Of a stretch of 64,000 nucleotides of DNA, positions 9,101 to 17,902 are shown piece after piece. A program made the translations under genes and the position numbers. Position 1 is the first letter of the stretch, and each line of letters opens with the position of its first letter. This stretch comes from an uncultured Gammaproteobacteria bacterium (GTDB lineage: Bacteria > Patescibacteriota > Microgenomatia > Levybacterales > GWA1-39-11): contig CAYRUR010000002.1 of NCBI GenBank assembly GCA_964427615.1, forward strand, positions 17,847-81,846. The letters are read 5' to 3'. A model generated the notes under the pieces. It did not search any database, was not told where the DNA came from, and saw only the letters and a list, made by a program, of their open reading frames with translations.

Positions 9101-11859
9101 TAATCAGTAACAAAGCAGGGCAGAAACTGCAAAAAGGATTTCTAGAAAGAGCTAAGAATTGGAAAGACAAACCAAAAGTTTTTTACGTAAGAGAACGTTT
9201 TGACAGAAACCTTGAAGATATAGCAGGAGAAGATGCGCCTATGCTTATCGAGAGGTATTTTAAACCAGTGCAAAAAGCAGAAGCTAACAGGCAAAGGTGG
9301 TTGAATCAAGAACGTACAGCAATCAAGAAACTTGACATCAAACCCGGTAGTGCAGAATCAAGAGTACTACAACTATATGGTGAAAGAAAGATGAGTCTTG
9401 ACAGACTTAAAAAAGAACTTCCTAATACTTGGCAAAAGGTAGTTGAGGCGGAAAAAATATTTAGAACAAAATATGACCAATACCTTGTTGATATCAATAA
9501 GGTGCTTGTGCGAAATGGATACGATCCCATTCCTAAAAGAAAAGACTACTTTATTCACTTTCATGATCTGAGCAATGTTTTAGAGCGGTTTGGTATTCCT
9601 GTACGAGACAACACCATTCCCACTGATATTTCAGGACTTACCGCAGACTTTAAACCAGGAAAAAACTTTTTCACCAGTGCACTCCCCAGAGAAGGAGACT
9701 TAACTGATTTTGACGCTGTTAAAGGTATGGACCGTTATCTTGAAGGAGCAAGCAAGCAGATTTTCCACACTGATAATATTCAGAATTTGAGATTATTTGA
9801 AAAGGGCTTAAGAGAACGATTTGCAGGCACAACTCACCTTTCTAATTTTGTTGCTGATCTAGGAGAATACATCAATAATTTAGCAGGCAAGAAATCAATG
9901 CTTGATAGAAGTGCTGAAGGATTAGTAGGTAGAAATGTCTATGCAGGAGCACAGCGAATTAGAAAACAGGTAGGAGCAAACATGGTGGGAGCTAATATAT
10001 CTTCTGCTTTAACAAATTCCATTCCTCTTACCCAATCTCTTGCTACAACTAGCAAACCAGCTTTTGTCAAAGGCATGTTAGGAGCTGTTATTTCTCCTTT
10101 AAAAAATGACGGATTTGCTCAAAAGTCAGACTTCTTAACAAGACGTTTTGGTTCAGATCCACTTTTTGTGAGAAATTGGGATAAGGTTGCAAATAAGGGT
10201 GCTTGGATTTTTAAAGTTGTTGATAGATTTGTCTCTGAAACCATTACTAGGGCAAAGTATCATGAAGGACTTTCAAAAGGCTTGTCTCCAGAACAAGCAC
10301 TTAAAAGAGCAGATGATTACGCATCACGCTTAATAGGGGATAGGTCTCTTGGTTCACAACCAACCTTATTTGACTCAAAAACAGCTGGATTTCTTACTCA
10401 ATTTCAACTTGAAGTTAACAACCAAGTATCAGTACTTATGAAGGATATCCCTCGCATGAATGAGGGAAACAAAGTAGCCATAGCTTCTGCATTAGGACAA
10501 GTGGCACTCTATTCCTATCTTTATAACAACCTCTATGAAAGCTTTTTTGGCAGAAGACCTGCTTTTGATCCATTAGGAGTAGGTATACAGGCATATGAGG
10601 ACTATACCAACCCCGATATGAAGGAAGGGCAGGCTACCAAAAACACTGCAATAAACATTGCAAGCCAACTTCCCTTTACCTCTGTTCTCACAGGAGGTAG
10701 ATTGCCTACTAATGCAGCTCTTCCCGATGTTTCTGCTCTTGTAAAAGGAGAGACAAGCGTAGGTAAAGAGTTGCTAAAGCCGGTAACCTACATATTTCCT
10801 CCCACAGGCGGAGGGCAGATTAAGAAAACAATCGAAGGAATTGGTGCATTTGCACAAGGTGGAAGTGTCAGCAAATCAGGGAGAGTGCGTTATCCTATTG
10901 AGCAAACGCCTGGTAATTTTCTAAGAACTGCCATTGGTGGGCAATACGCTTTACCACAAGCAAGAGAATACTTTAGAGAAGGAAGAACTCCTTTAGGTGA
11001 AGCTCAATCTGAAGCATTCCTAAATACACCTATAGATCAAAAGCAAGCTTTTTACGATACGATTATGCAGCAAAGAGCAGATAAAAGAGAGGATGACAGA
11101 ATAAATGATGCAATTAAATCTAATGGAGATGTATCACAGACAGGAGATATAATACGCTGGCTGGATGAAGAAGGAAGTGTTCAAACAGTAGATCTCTCAG
11201 AAAAAGCCATCTCTACCACCAAAAAAGGAATTGACGCCTATGATAAAGATAGTAGTAATAGCCCTGCTGCTAAAGCACGTAAAATCTTTTCTGCACCAGA
11301 GGATCAAGTATCCTCAGAACAAAAAGAGGCAATCTATAAAAAGTTTGGGTTCACAGCAGAAGATGTGCGCTACGACTATATCTCTCAAGATAAATTCTCC
11401 AACGATGAAAGAACTGCATATATTGTTGATAAAGATCTTAGCCATGATGAGCTTGTTGAGCGCATCTTAACAGGTAGACGGGAAAGTATCTCAGGTAAGA
11501 TGTTTGTGAGGGATGGAGTAATTGATAATTTGCGAGATTTAGGACTACTTAGCTACGGTGAGGCAAAACAACTAAAAGCAATTAAACTAGATAAAGATGG
11601 AAAAGCAAAAACAGGTTCAGGAAGAAAAGGATCAAATAAACAACTAAAAGCTATATTAAAATCAAAACAACAGGATGCAAAAGAATTGTCAGAACTTTTT
11701 GGATCACTTACTAAAAGCTCAGAAGGTAAAGCGAGAAGATCAAAAGCAGTAAATTTGGCGAGTGTACTTAATACAAAAAATAGTAATACTTCCTCTAAAA
11801 AACGCATAGAAGACGTATTGCGCCAAAAGCGTAAAATCGCTCCTATCAACTCAATATAG
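6148..11859 (+). CDS. giant phage internal virion/ejection protein (1903 aa) with HExxH zinc-metallopeptidase-like motif
   Basis: Uninterrupted 5.7-kb ORF. HEVQH motif encoded around 7630-7644. Lys-rich C-terminus. Position equivalent to T7 gp16 or a tape-measure protein. Confidence 0.7.
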   Translation: MGFLNDILKTLKRNTLDKTDLDEKAGSFISQNVTRPTVRGLSDIKNFIKSPQSIDLPEVPDFAKRVGEINTPFGNFQPLPFVRDVVNEPFSFAANTASDLVQAGVRLAKQKPYTQYQNLKSPASKFGYNIGALANPRLKEQLGIKNNPQEVIANVAETVMGPLSVYGGGKIFSTGKQALKQSGAKSLRKILKKEAKINAKIGGFYGSMSGLAEGRNDELGDQLVKGARGGVTGIIGGGALGTAIPLAGAGTRRALNSHNKMMREESLEQFARNLPKYLETPKLDPVIAKYKRALQVDKRTAKEIKEAIYQTFSGYLDKGADILDRSTKEFLPQFDNLDPRSKAHIWAYILDRKQNLGKVPPHPLIQDLDNAIFKVAGFDVRQSGTFAGPKAAEWALRKTGKFTNLMDKKPRFEIDDRKSKVDLGEIYTNGFYSASLNKVLKHPELFKQYPELKDIKVKLEPLDLGTNGFYDPKTNSITINELAVESVDPKQLLLHEVQHVIQGIEGFARGASVGMDEKEIIRKFRPMVENLPAFRDLKTEVEKNDFIINFARSQTRSNDLRELAYDAYRKSSGEIESRSVENRMGMTPEQRATTLPYSDQGIPLKDTITRLDDGSVQEDIPQNIREIGGKIKDFITRNFSNRENTKLELFEAQPKTVAFIQEKLGIDVSKFKHTIDSFDVRHATNRHSAFNKGNLQKGEVPLTIEDFENVPLILSNPDNIRLSSKPTKQGNFAIIYQKRIGNEVYYVEEIRNSSRTLALKTMYKQKPSSVSYSLEDPNFVRPSEKTPTSEGNEGIIPQVSKTSQPISNLGNLSRQQLLKVQPRTVRLQERLNPNNLSSSNQVLPEVPSSVSLNDSIPQLPAPMNRIALPGGFVARTPGEAKRLFKKTGQAPELDFSLRNSKKPIEIKGEAQFYNAEPNSAKLKIRSQKAKENQFKTEFDEWQDHLFDTTGARTVKGAIDDVAKLMGEATEAGQRRSFENTSTGKIISNKAGQKLQKGFLERAKNWKDKPKVFYVRERFDRNLEDIAGEDAPMLIERYFKPVQKAEANRQRWLNQERTAIKKLDIKPGSAESRVLQLYGERKMSLDRLKKELPNTWQKVVEAEKIFRTKYDQYLVDINKVLVRNGYDPIPKRKDYFIHFHDLSNVLERFGIPVRDNTIPTDISGLTADFKPGKNFFTSALPREGDLTDFDAVKGMDRYLEGASKQIFHTDNIQNLRLFEKGLRERFAGTTHLSNFVADLGEYINNLAGKKSMLDRSAEGLVGRNVYAGAQRIRKQVGANMVGANISSALTNSIPLTQSLATTSKPAFVKGMLGAVISPLKNDGFAQKSDFLTRRFGSDPLFVRNWDKVANKGAWIFKVVDRFVSETITRAKYHEGLSKGLSPEQALKRADDYASRLIGDRSLGSQPTLFDSKTAGFLTQFQLEVNNQVSVLMKDIPRMNEGNKVAIASALGQVALYSYLYNNLYESFFGRRPAFDPLGVGIQAYEDYTNPDMKEGQATKNTAINIASQLPFTSVLTGGRLPTNAALPDVSALVKGETSVGKELLKPVTYIFPPTGGGQIKKTIEGIGAFAQGGSVSKSGRVRYPIEQTPGNFLRTAIGGQYALPQAREYFREGRTPLGEAQSEAFLNTPIDQKQAFYDTIMQQRADKREDDRINDAIKSNGDVSQTGDIIRWLDEEGSVQTVDLSEKAISTTKKGIDAYDKDSSNSPAAKARKIFSAPEDQVSSEQKEAIYKKFGFTAEDVRYDYISQDKFSNDERTAYIVDKDLSHDELVERILTGRRESISGKMFVRDGVIDNLRDLGLLSYGEAKQLKAIKLDKDGKAKTGSGRKGSNKQLKAILKSKQQDAKELSELFGSLTKSSEGKARRSKAVNLASVLNTKNSNTSSKKRIEDVLRQKRKIAPINSI

Positions 11860-11902
11860 CCACAAAAAAGGCCACACACGTTAGCTTAAGAATAGAGGGA
11901 CT

Positions 11903-12817
11903 ATGATCTATCTTGCTAACGATAAATACAACGATGCTCTAACTTCCGGTTATACTGTGGGTCAATCAACCCTTTATATCTCAACTCCTCCTGATAACGT
12001 ACCAACTATTATTGTTGCAGCAAAAGGAACAGATAACGAGACCGTTTTCGCAGTAACCGGTAAAACAGTTAACTCACTTACTGGTGTTACAAGGCTTCGT
12101 GGTGCAAATGTAGACTTAGACGCTCAAACTCCTATTACCTGTCTTAATAATCAAGAGTTTGTAAATCAGTATGCAAATGCTGTATCCAGTGCTCAGTCCC
12201 TATCTGACATTATATTCGCAGTAGATGGAGGCTCTACTGACGACTACGCAATATCTGTTGATCCTGCTCCTTCTGCATATGTTGAAGGTAATCTTTTCTT
12301 ATTCAAAGCAAACACTGCAAACACTGGAGCTTGCACTTTAAATGTAAATGGACTTGGTGCAAAAGCATTAAAAATCAATAAAGATCAGGATCCTCCTAGT
12401 GGATATATCAAGGCAGGTTCAATTGTTGTTGTTGTGTACAACGGAACAAACTTTGAGATTGTGAGCGTAGCAACTTCTCCTGGTGTAACAAATGCTGAGA
12501 TAACAGCAATAGATGGCCCAACAGTAACCTTTGATCTTAATGCAACTAATAAGCATAAGGTTGTCTTAGGTGGTAATAGAATCCTAGCACTCTCAGGAGG
12601 GTATTTGGATCAATACTTCACTATTAAGCTAGTTCAGGACGCAACAGGAGGTAGAACACCCACTTGGTTCTCGGGAATTACATGGGCGGGCGGTTCTGCT
12701 CCCAGCCTTACTACAACTGCTAATAAAGCAGATAGATTCGGATTCATTGTTACAAGTGTTGATGCAAGCGGAGTACCAAACGCATTTGAAGGACATGTGA
12801 TTGGGCAGGATATATAA
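11903..12817 (+). CDS. phage tail fibre / receptor-binding-like protein
   Basis: 304 aa, beta-rich, G/T/N/A-rich. Downstream of the internal virion proteins. 'agaggga' SD. Confidence 0.45.
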   Translation: MIYLANDKYNDALTSGYTVGQSTLYISTPPDNVPTIIVAAKGTDNETVFAVTGKTVNSLTGVTRLRGANVDLDAQTPITCLNNQEFVNQYANAVSSAQSLSDIIFAVDGGSTDDYAISVDPAPSAYVEGNLFLFKANTANTGACTLNVNGLGAKALKINKDQDPPSGYIKAGSIVVVVYNGTNFEIVSVATSPGVTNAEITAIDGPTVTFDLNATNKHKVVLGGNRILALSGGYLDQYFTIKLVQDATGGRTPTWFSGITWAGGSAPSLTTTANKADRFGFIVTSVDASGVPNAFEGHVIGQDI

Positions 12818-12819
12818 CT

Positions 12820-13977
12820 ATGGCACAACTTCAATTCAGGTCTGACGACACAATTGAATGGAAAGAAGGATTTGGAAACGGTAAAGACGGAGATTTGGTT
12901 ATTTCTACCAATAGTACTTTTTCTGCTGCTAATGCTGGTTGTGTTGGCGCCTTGGGCACCAAAACTTTGACGCTTGATGCTATCTCAACTTTTGCCAATG
13001 GAGACTTAATCCTAATTCATCAGTCACGAGGTGTAGGCGCTGGCAGCTGGCAGTTAAACAAAATTCTATCAGGAGCAGGCACCACTACTCTTACCTTAGC
13101 CCATGACCTAACCAACACCTACACTGACTCAGGGGACTCTCAAGCTCAAGTCTTACAACTCAAACAGTACCGCTCAGTGACAGTTAATACAGGAGTTACC
13201 TGGACAGTCCCTGCCTGGGATCAAAATAAGGGTGGTATTATCGCCTTTTTATGTAAAGGGACTACAACTATCAATGGCACGATTGATGGGGCCGCAGGTA
13301 CCTCTCAAGGACAGGTTAAAGGAGGATATCAAGGAGGTAAAGGACTTAGTGCTCAAAATGCCTGGTCTGGAGAAGGAACAGCGGGCGCAGCCAAGGTTAC
13401 TGATGGCTTTAGTAACGGGAGTGGAGGAGAAGGTGGACATGATTATCAAAACAACGCTGGAGCTGGAGGAGGAAATGGAACTGCTGGTCAAAGTGTTACA
13501 GGTAGAGCTGGTGGTTCAGTTTCAGGCAATACTGAGTTAACGCTTATTACTTTTGGTGGTGGTGGTGGAGGTTCTGGGTATGATGGTGGAGTTGGAGGAA
13601 ACGGTATTTGGGGAGGTGGCGGAGGTGCTCTTGGTATTATCATCTCCAAAGACTTTACCTGTGCTTCTGCTAACTCAATTACCTTTAATGGCTCTAATGG
13701 GTTTGCTGAATTTCAATCAGCAGGTGGAGCAGGAGCAGGGGGCTCACTCTTGCTTAAAGGAGAAACTATTAATGTTGGTTCAGGAAAGATCGTGGCTGTA
13801 GGCGGGAGTGGAGTGAGTGGAAGCTTAAAAACCAGTGGTAATGGAGGCACAGGCCGTATCCACGCTGACTACAGCAAGTCCATATTAGGCACTACTAGTC
13901 CTACGATTGACAGCAGGCTAGACCCAACGATTAAAGAAATGACATCTGGAGGATCATTTTTATTGAATTTTATATAA
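12820..13977 (+). CDS. glycine-rich phage tail fibre-like protein (beta-helix / Gly-repeat)
   Basis: 385 aa with GGxGG runs (GGGGGSGYDGGVGGNGIWGGGGGALG). Typical of phage fibre or depolymerase stalks. Confidence 0.45.
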   Translation: MAQLQFRSDDTIEWKEGFGNGKDGDLVISTNSTFSAANAGCVGALGTKTLTLDAISTFANGDLILIHQSRGVGAGSWQLNKILSGAGTTTLTLAHDLTNTYTDSGDSQAQVLQLKQYRSVTVNTGVTWTVPAWDQNKGGIIAFLCKGTTTINGTIDGAAGTSQGQVKGGYQGGKGLSAQNAWSGEGTAGAAKVTDGFSNGSGGEGGHDYQNNAGAGGGNGTAGQSVTGRAGGSVSGNTELTLITFGGGGGGSGYDGGVGGNGIWGGGGGALGIIISKDFTCASANSITFNGSNGFAEFQSAGGAGAGGSLLLKGETINVGSGKIVAVGGSGVSGSLKTSGNGGTGRIHADYSKSILGTTSPTIDSRLDPTIKEMTSGGSFLLNFI

Positions 13978-13979
13978 CT

Positions 13980-14237
13980 ATGGCAAAAATTGAACTTGAA
14001 CTATTAGAAAAACTCTTTGACGCAAAACTTGCGCCTATTGCTGAAGATGTTAAGAACATTAAACAAGCAATTAACGGTAATGGCAAACCGGGACTTAAAC
14101 AGAGAGTAATGACACTTGAGGATCAACACCAAGGTATCACAAAGAAGTTTGCTATTGCTACAGGCGTGCTTAGTCTCACTCTTATGACAGTTTTTGAAAT
14201 AGGAAGAAAGTTCTTAGAGAAAAAAATAGGATTATGA
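13980..14237 (+). CDS. small protein with C-terminal TM helix; holin/lysis-associated candidate
   Basis: 85 aa. Hydrophobic segment ATGVLSLTLMTVF. Sits immediately upstream of the amidase gene, overlapping it by ATGA. Confidence 0.35.
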   Translation: MAKIELELLEKLFDAKLAPIAEDVKNIKQAINGNGKPGLKQRVMTLEDQHQGITKKFAIATGVLSLTLMTVFEIGRKFLEKKIGL

Positions 14238-15391
14238 AAAAAGTTTGTATTGCAGTAGGACATTGGAATATAGAAGGTATAACCTCACAAGGTCTTAGAA
14301 AGTGGAGAAGGGTAGATGCGCTTAAAAAATCTACTGGTGCAAGTGGGGAGCGGAATTATCACTGGGATAAAGTTATGCCTCTATTGAGAGATAAGCTTAT
14401 CAAAGCAGGAATTCAAGTACATATTACTGATGCTATATACAGTAATGACATATACAAACAAGACTACGACTTATTAATTGCACTCCATTATGATGGTGGA
14501 GGGACTGAAAATAGGTGCATGATTTCCTCTCCCTTAAGAGGCGTAAATCCTCCTTACCTATATAAAGAAGCCCATGACAAAGCGGATGAATTCTGTCGAA
14601 TTTGGAAAGAGATTTACCCTGCCATGACAGGAGCCATTAATAGAGATAATCGCATTACTGCTGGCATGACAGAGCATTATTTATGGGATTACGTGAAAGA
14701 AGGTACTCCCGCAGTTCTTATTGAACACTTTAACCATACCTCCGCAAAAGGACAAGAACTTAAGAATAATCCAGGGTTAGTAGCAGAAGCAGATTTTCAA
14801 GCAATAGTTAAATTTTTAGGTATTCAAGTAGAAAGCCCTAAACCTCAACAAGAACCAACAATGACTATCTCAGTAGTTGAGCGTGATTGGTTAGTGAGTC
14901 GTGCAACAACCGCCAAAGAAGTTGCCCAGTACCTAGAGATAGACAACCCAGACCATGCCCCCTTTGACACCTATAAAAAAGTAATTGCAGGTATCAAAAG
15001 TACTGCTACAGCAATCCAAACGCAACTTACGGATACTCTCGAAAAACTTGCTGAAGCAACTCAGGAAATAGCCAATAGAAAAGAACAGGTTAGCAGGTTA
15101 GAAAACCTAGTGACAGAGAAGCAAAAATACTATTTAGCCCAGATTGATAGTCTAAATAAGAACTTCAAAAACACCCCAGAACTGATGAGGGTAGCAGAGG
15201 GCAGGATAGCAGCACTGGAAGGGCAGTTAGATCAAGCACAAAAAGACAAAGGGAAGGCATTAAATCAGGTAGCAATACTACAAGCAAGCCTTGATGCATG
15301 TCAAAAGGCGAATACTCAAAAACTTGATACAAATACTCTCATTGTGGAGCTTATTAAAAGGGTTATTCCATTGGTTAAAAAAGGACTATGA
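14234..15391 (+). CDS. putative endolysin: N-acetylmuramoyl-L-alanine amidase (Amidase_3-like) with long C-terminal coiled coil
   Basis: CIAVGHWN, LIALHYDGG and VLIEHFNHTS resemble the Amidase_3 Zn-ligand blocks. C-terminal ~180 aa is heptad-rich. Confidence 0.5.
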   Translation: MKKVCIAVGHWNIEGITSQGLRKWRRVDALKKSTGASGERNYHWDKVMPLLRDKLIKAGIQVHITDAIYSNDIYKQDYDLLIALHYDGGGTENRCMISSPLRGVNPPYLYKEAHDKADEFCRIWKEIYPAMTGAINRDNRITAGMTEHYLWDYVKEGTPAVLIEHFNHTSAKGQELKNNPGLVAEADFQAIVKFLGIQVESPKPQQEPTMTISVVERDWLVSRATTAKEVAQYLEIDNPDHAPFDTYKKVIAGIKSTATAIQTQLTDTLEKLAEATQEIANRKEQVSRLENLVTEKQKYYLAQIDSLNKNFKNTPELMRVAEGRIAALEGQLDQAQKDKGKALNQVAILQASLDACQKANTQKLDTNTLIVELIKRVIPLVKKGL

Positions 15392-15651
15392 ATATTGTCA
15401 GATCAATCAATAACAAAAAATACAGGGCTGTTAGAGCTGAGAAGCAAGGGGAGGATGTAGCTGTCTATTATAGACTGGTCTACTTCACAGGTGAAGTAAG
15501 AAAAATGCTTGGCATACCATACCACGTACTACTTGCAGCAATACGCAATCTAAACATTAAGCGAGCTGGTAGGGATTATCTATTAACTCAAGACGACATT
15601 AAAAAAATTAAAAAAGTGATTGGAGGTGATAAGCATGAGATTACCAACTAG
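15388..15651 (+). CDS. small phage protein, possible HTH DNA-binding (Xis/terminase-small-like)
   Basis: 87 aa. 'MLGIPYHVLLAAIRNLNIKRAGRDYLLTQDDIKKI' looks like a helix-turn-helix. ATGA overlap with the upstream gene. Confidence 0.35.
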   Translation: MNIVRSINNKKYRAVRAEKQGEDVAVYYRLVYFTGEVRKMLGIPYHVLLAAIRNLNIKRAGRDYLLTQDDIKKIKKVIGGDKHEITN

Positions 15652-15883
15652 AGATAGCGCAGCAGGAAAAGGAATTGCAACAGCATTACAAGCCCTGTGT
15701 GGCTTTATATTTGGCTTGGTGTTAGTTGTATGGAACGTGCCAGGAGTACCACAAGCAGTCTTTGGGTACGTACAGAATAACGTAATTGCATTAATTATGT
15801 TTTTCGGAGTTCCAATGGCAATAGCATCAGGAGTTGTAGGTTTTGTTATGAACCTTATTAGAGAAGAAGTTAAAAACTACTAA
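15635..15883 (+). CDS. small membrane protein (2 predicted TM; holin/spanin-like candidate)
   Basis: ORF-track 15620..15883. The internal ATG at 15635 is preceded by a ggaggtga SD. Two hydrophobic helices. Confidence 0.4.
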   Translation: MRLPTRDSAAGKGIATALQALCGFIFGLVLVVWNVPGVPQAVFGYVQNNVIALIMFFGVPMAIASGVVGFVMNLIREEVKNY

Positions 15884-15897
15884 AACATAAACTAATT

Positions 15898-16251
15898 ATG
15901 GTTGAGAAAAAATACGACTTCACAAACGAAGACGATAGAGCATTGTATCAGTATGCTAAAGGTAATGCGTGGGAACACAATACTCGAAACCTTGAGATAG
16001 CTCAACAAGTTATTAACCCTTCAAGCGAGTCTTTTATTGTCAGGGACTACGACAATTACGGTAATGAAATAGACCTCAAGATAGATAATCAATTTCTCTT
16101 TGGAATGCACCTTATAAAACAAATCCTCATTAAAGAAATCGCTGAATCAGGCGGAGAAGGTGAAGCATACGCTCAAGAACTGCAAGATAAACATTTTGTT
16201 GAAATGATGGAGGGCAGGGATTACCCACTCCCCATACCAGTACATAAATAG
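15898..16251 (+). CDS. hypothetical phage protein
   Basis: 117 aa, acidic, no recognisable motif. Confidence 0.4.
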   Translation: MVEKKYDFTNEDDRALYQYAKGNAWEHNTRNLEIAQQVINPSSESFIVRDYDNYGNEIDLKIDNQFLFGMHLIKQILIKEIAESGGEGEAYAQELQDKHFVEMMEGRDYPLPIPVHK

Positions 16252-16262
16252 AAGGAGGCAGT

Positions 16263-16655
16263 ATGGTAAGACGCAAAGAACACTTTCCCCGACACGTAAG
16301 ACGGGAAATGCGTCAGGAACAAGACTATGCCTGTGCTATTTGTGGCACTTCTTGTCGAGGACATAAATTCAATGAACCACCCCTAGAAGCTCATCACATC
16401 ATCCCTGTTAGTAAAGGTGGAACTCACGAAAAACATAATTGTGTAGGGTTATGTAACGAGAATTCATGCCATGAAACAGCTGATTATGTAGCGATTAAAG
16501 AAGGAAAATTCTTTGATGAAGTAGTAATGACTGAGGGAGTTGAATATTATTTAAATCATCCGATGAGAGAGGTATTTATGGATAGAAGGAGACGGAGAGA
16601 GTTAGTTAGGATGAACGAAATTAGGGATGAGTTGTATTCGATGGTGGCGGATTAG
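16263..16655 (+). CDS. HNH endonuclease
   Basis: CAICG...HHIIPVSKGGTHEKHNCVGLCNENSCH is the HNH/Cys-box motif. gaaggagg SD. Such genes typically sit at a phage genome end near packaging genes. Confidence 0.75.
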   Translation: MVRRKEHFPRHVRREMRQEQDYACAICGTSCRGHKFNEPPLEAHHIIPVSKGGTHEKHNCVGLCNENSCHETADYVAIKEGKFFDEVVMTEGVEYYLNHPMREVFMDRRRRRELVRMNEIRDELYSMVAD

Positions 16656-16719
16656 TAGTAATTCAAGATGCTACTAAGATATCAGTAGCATTAATAGTAG
16701 TAATTATAGGCAGTTTGCG

Positions 16720-16737
16720 AGTGACATTGATGTCACT
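16720..16737. repeat. perfect palindrome AGTGACAT-TG-ATGTCACT, flanked by 11-bp direct repeats TAGTAGTAATT (16656-16666 and 16696-16706)
   Basis: Read directly. Lies just after the HNH stop at the edge of the phage module. Confidence 0.6.
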
Positions 16738-16894
16738 ACCAAATAAGACCCTAGAGTAAAATAAACCTTTCAAAAATCAGGTTCAAATACACAGCTATAA
16801 ATAACTCTCCCTATACCCTTTTCTAAGGCAGTAATTGATAGAGTAGTCCTACTCAAACTAAATAAGCTTTTCACACGCCTTTTAGCCTCAGAAT

Positions 16895-16924
16895 TTGACA
16901 TATTATGATCTGGTTATATATAAT
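16895..16924 (+). promoter_or_regulatory. near-consensus sigma70 promoter TTGACA-18-TATAAT
   Basis: TTGACA at 16895-16900, TATAAT at 16919-16924. Followed by the aaaggaggtga SD and a small ORF. Confidence 0.5.
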
Positions 16925-16951
16925 CCCGCCCTTGAAAGGAGGTGATGTAAA

Positions 16952-17098
16952 GTGTTCATGACGTTATTTAAAATTCAAAGGTATTGCATAGGTCGTGAAA
17001 AGTCAGCATCCACAAACCAACAAAAAGCCGTTTGGAGCCTAAGTGGGGGAATTTCAAGGTCATTGTTTTATGTTTATTTAGCAATTTTTAAATATTAA
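16952..17098 (+). CDS. small ORF (~48 aa, GTG start; alternative ATG at 16958) downstream of a strong promoter and SD
   Basis: VFMTLFKIQRYCIGREKSASTNQQKAVWSLSGGISRSLFYVYLAIFKY. Not in the ORF track (<60 aa). The expression signals are unusually strong for a 'non-coding' region. Confidence 0.25.
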   Translation: MFMTLFKIQRYCIGREKSASTNQQKAVWSLSGGISRSLFYVYLAIFKY

Positions 17099-17902
17099 AA
17101 CAATAAGGAAAATAAACCTGCCCATATTTTCCCTCTTGACATTTGCACGCTTATGTCGTAAAAGTATTATTGTGCGACATATTATATTGTACTATCCTAC
17201 TGGGTAAGAGTAGTATTTTTTAATGCAACATATTCGTTTCATTCTTATTACAAATACACATTATTTGTGGTACCGAGAGGTATAATTTTGCTCCTATCTT
17301 ATACCTCTCTCAAGGGTCTTTTCGTAAGGCCCAAATGATACAAAAAAAGTAAGAAAATTAAGGCAGATAGCACTCCATAAGGTAATATGTTAAATATAAT
17401 TTACATCACTCGTTTGGAGCATAAAATCAGTGTTTTTTGAATATTTAGCTTCAAATTTTAGTAGAATAGTACCTTTTGTAAAGAGGTAGATGAGGCTAAA
17501 ATGTAAAAGCTTGTTCGATTTTTTTTCGTATTACACTCGGCAAAGAGAAAGAGATAAAAATATCACATGCAGCTACATACTGACAAGGGCGTGAAAACTC
17601 GCCTCTTTGTACCTGTGAAAAGTGAAGTTTTCCACATTATTAAAATTATAGGTCTATTTTATTTATTATAGGTCTATATTTTGATAGTATCAAACTATAT
17701 CATCTTACTCCCCTCTCCTACTCATTTCTCCCCTCTATTCTGCTCGTTTTCTAAGTACAAATCAGGTACAAAATTATTTTCAAAAAATCCTTTATTTGAA
17801 AATAAAAAAGATACACCTTCCAAATGCTTAAAGATAGCTAGAATTAGCCCTCAACATCCATATCCACTCTCTACCCCAAAATCTAGGTTCAAATAGGTTC
17901 AA

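Noticed and set aside
13232-13801. Alternative-frame ORFs (13232..13540, 13553..13801 plus, 13249..13491 minus) inside the Gly-rich fibre gene
   Set aside because: They arise from the GGN-repeat DNA, which is open in several frames, and are nested entirely within the 12820..13977 CDS.
17681-17896. 71-aa ORF in the non-coding region
   Set aside because: Low-complexity S/P/L-rich translation of the AT-rich word repeats. No RBS or start context. Unlikely to be coding.
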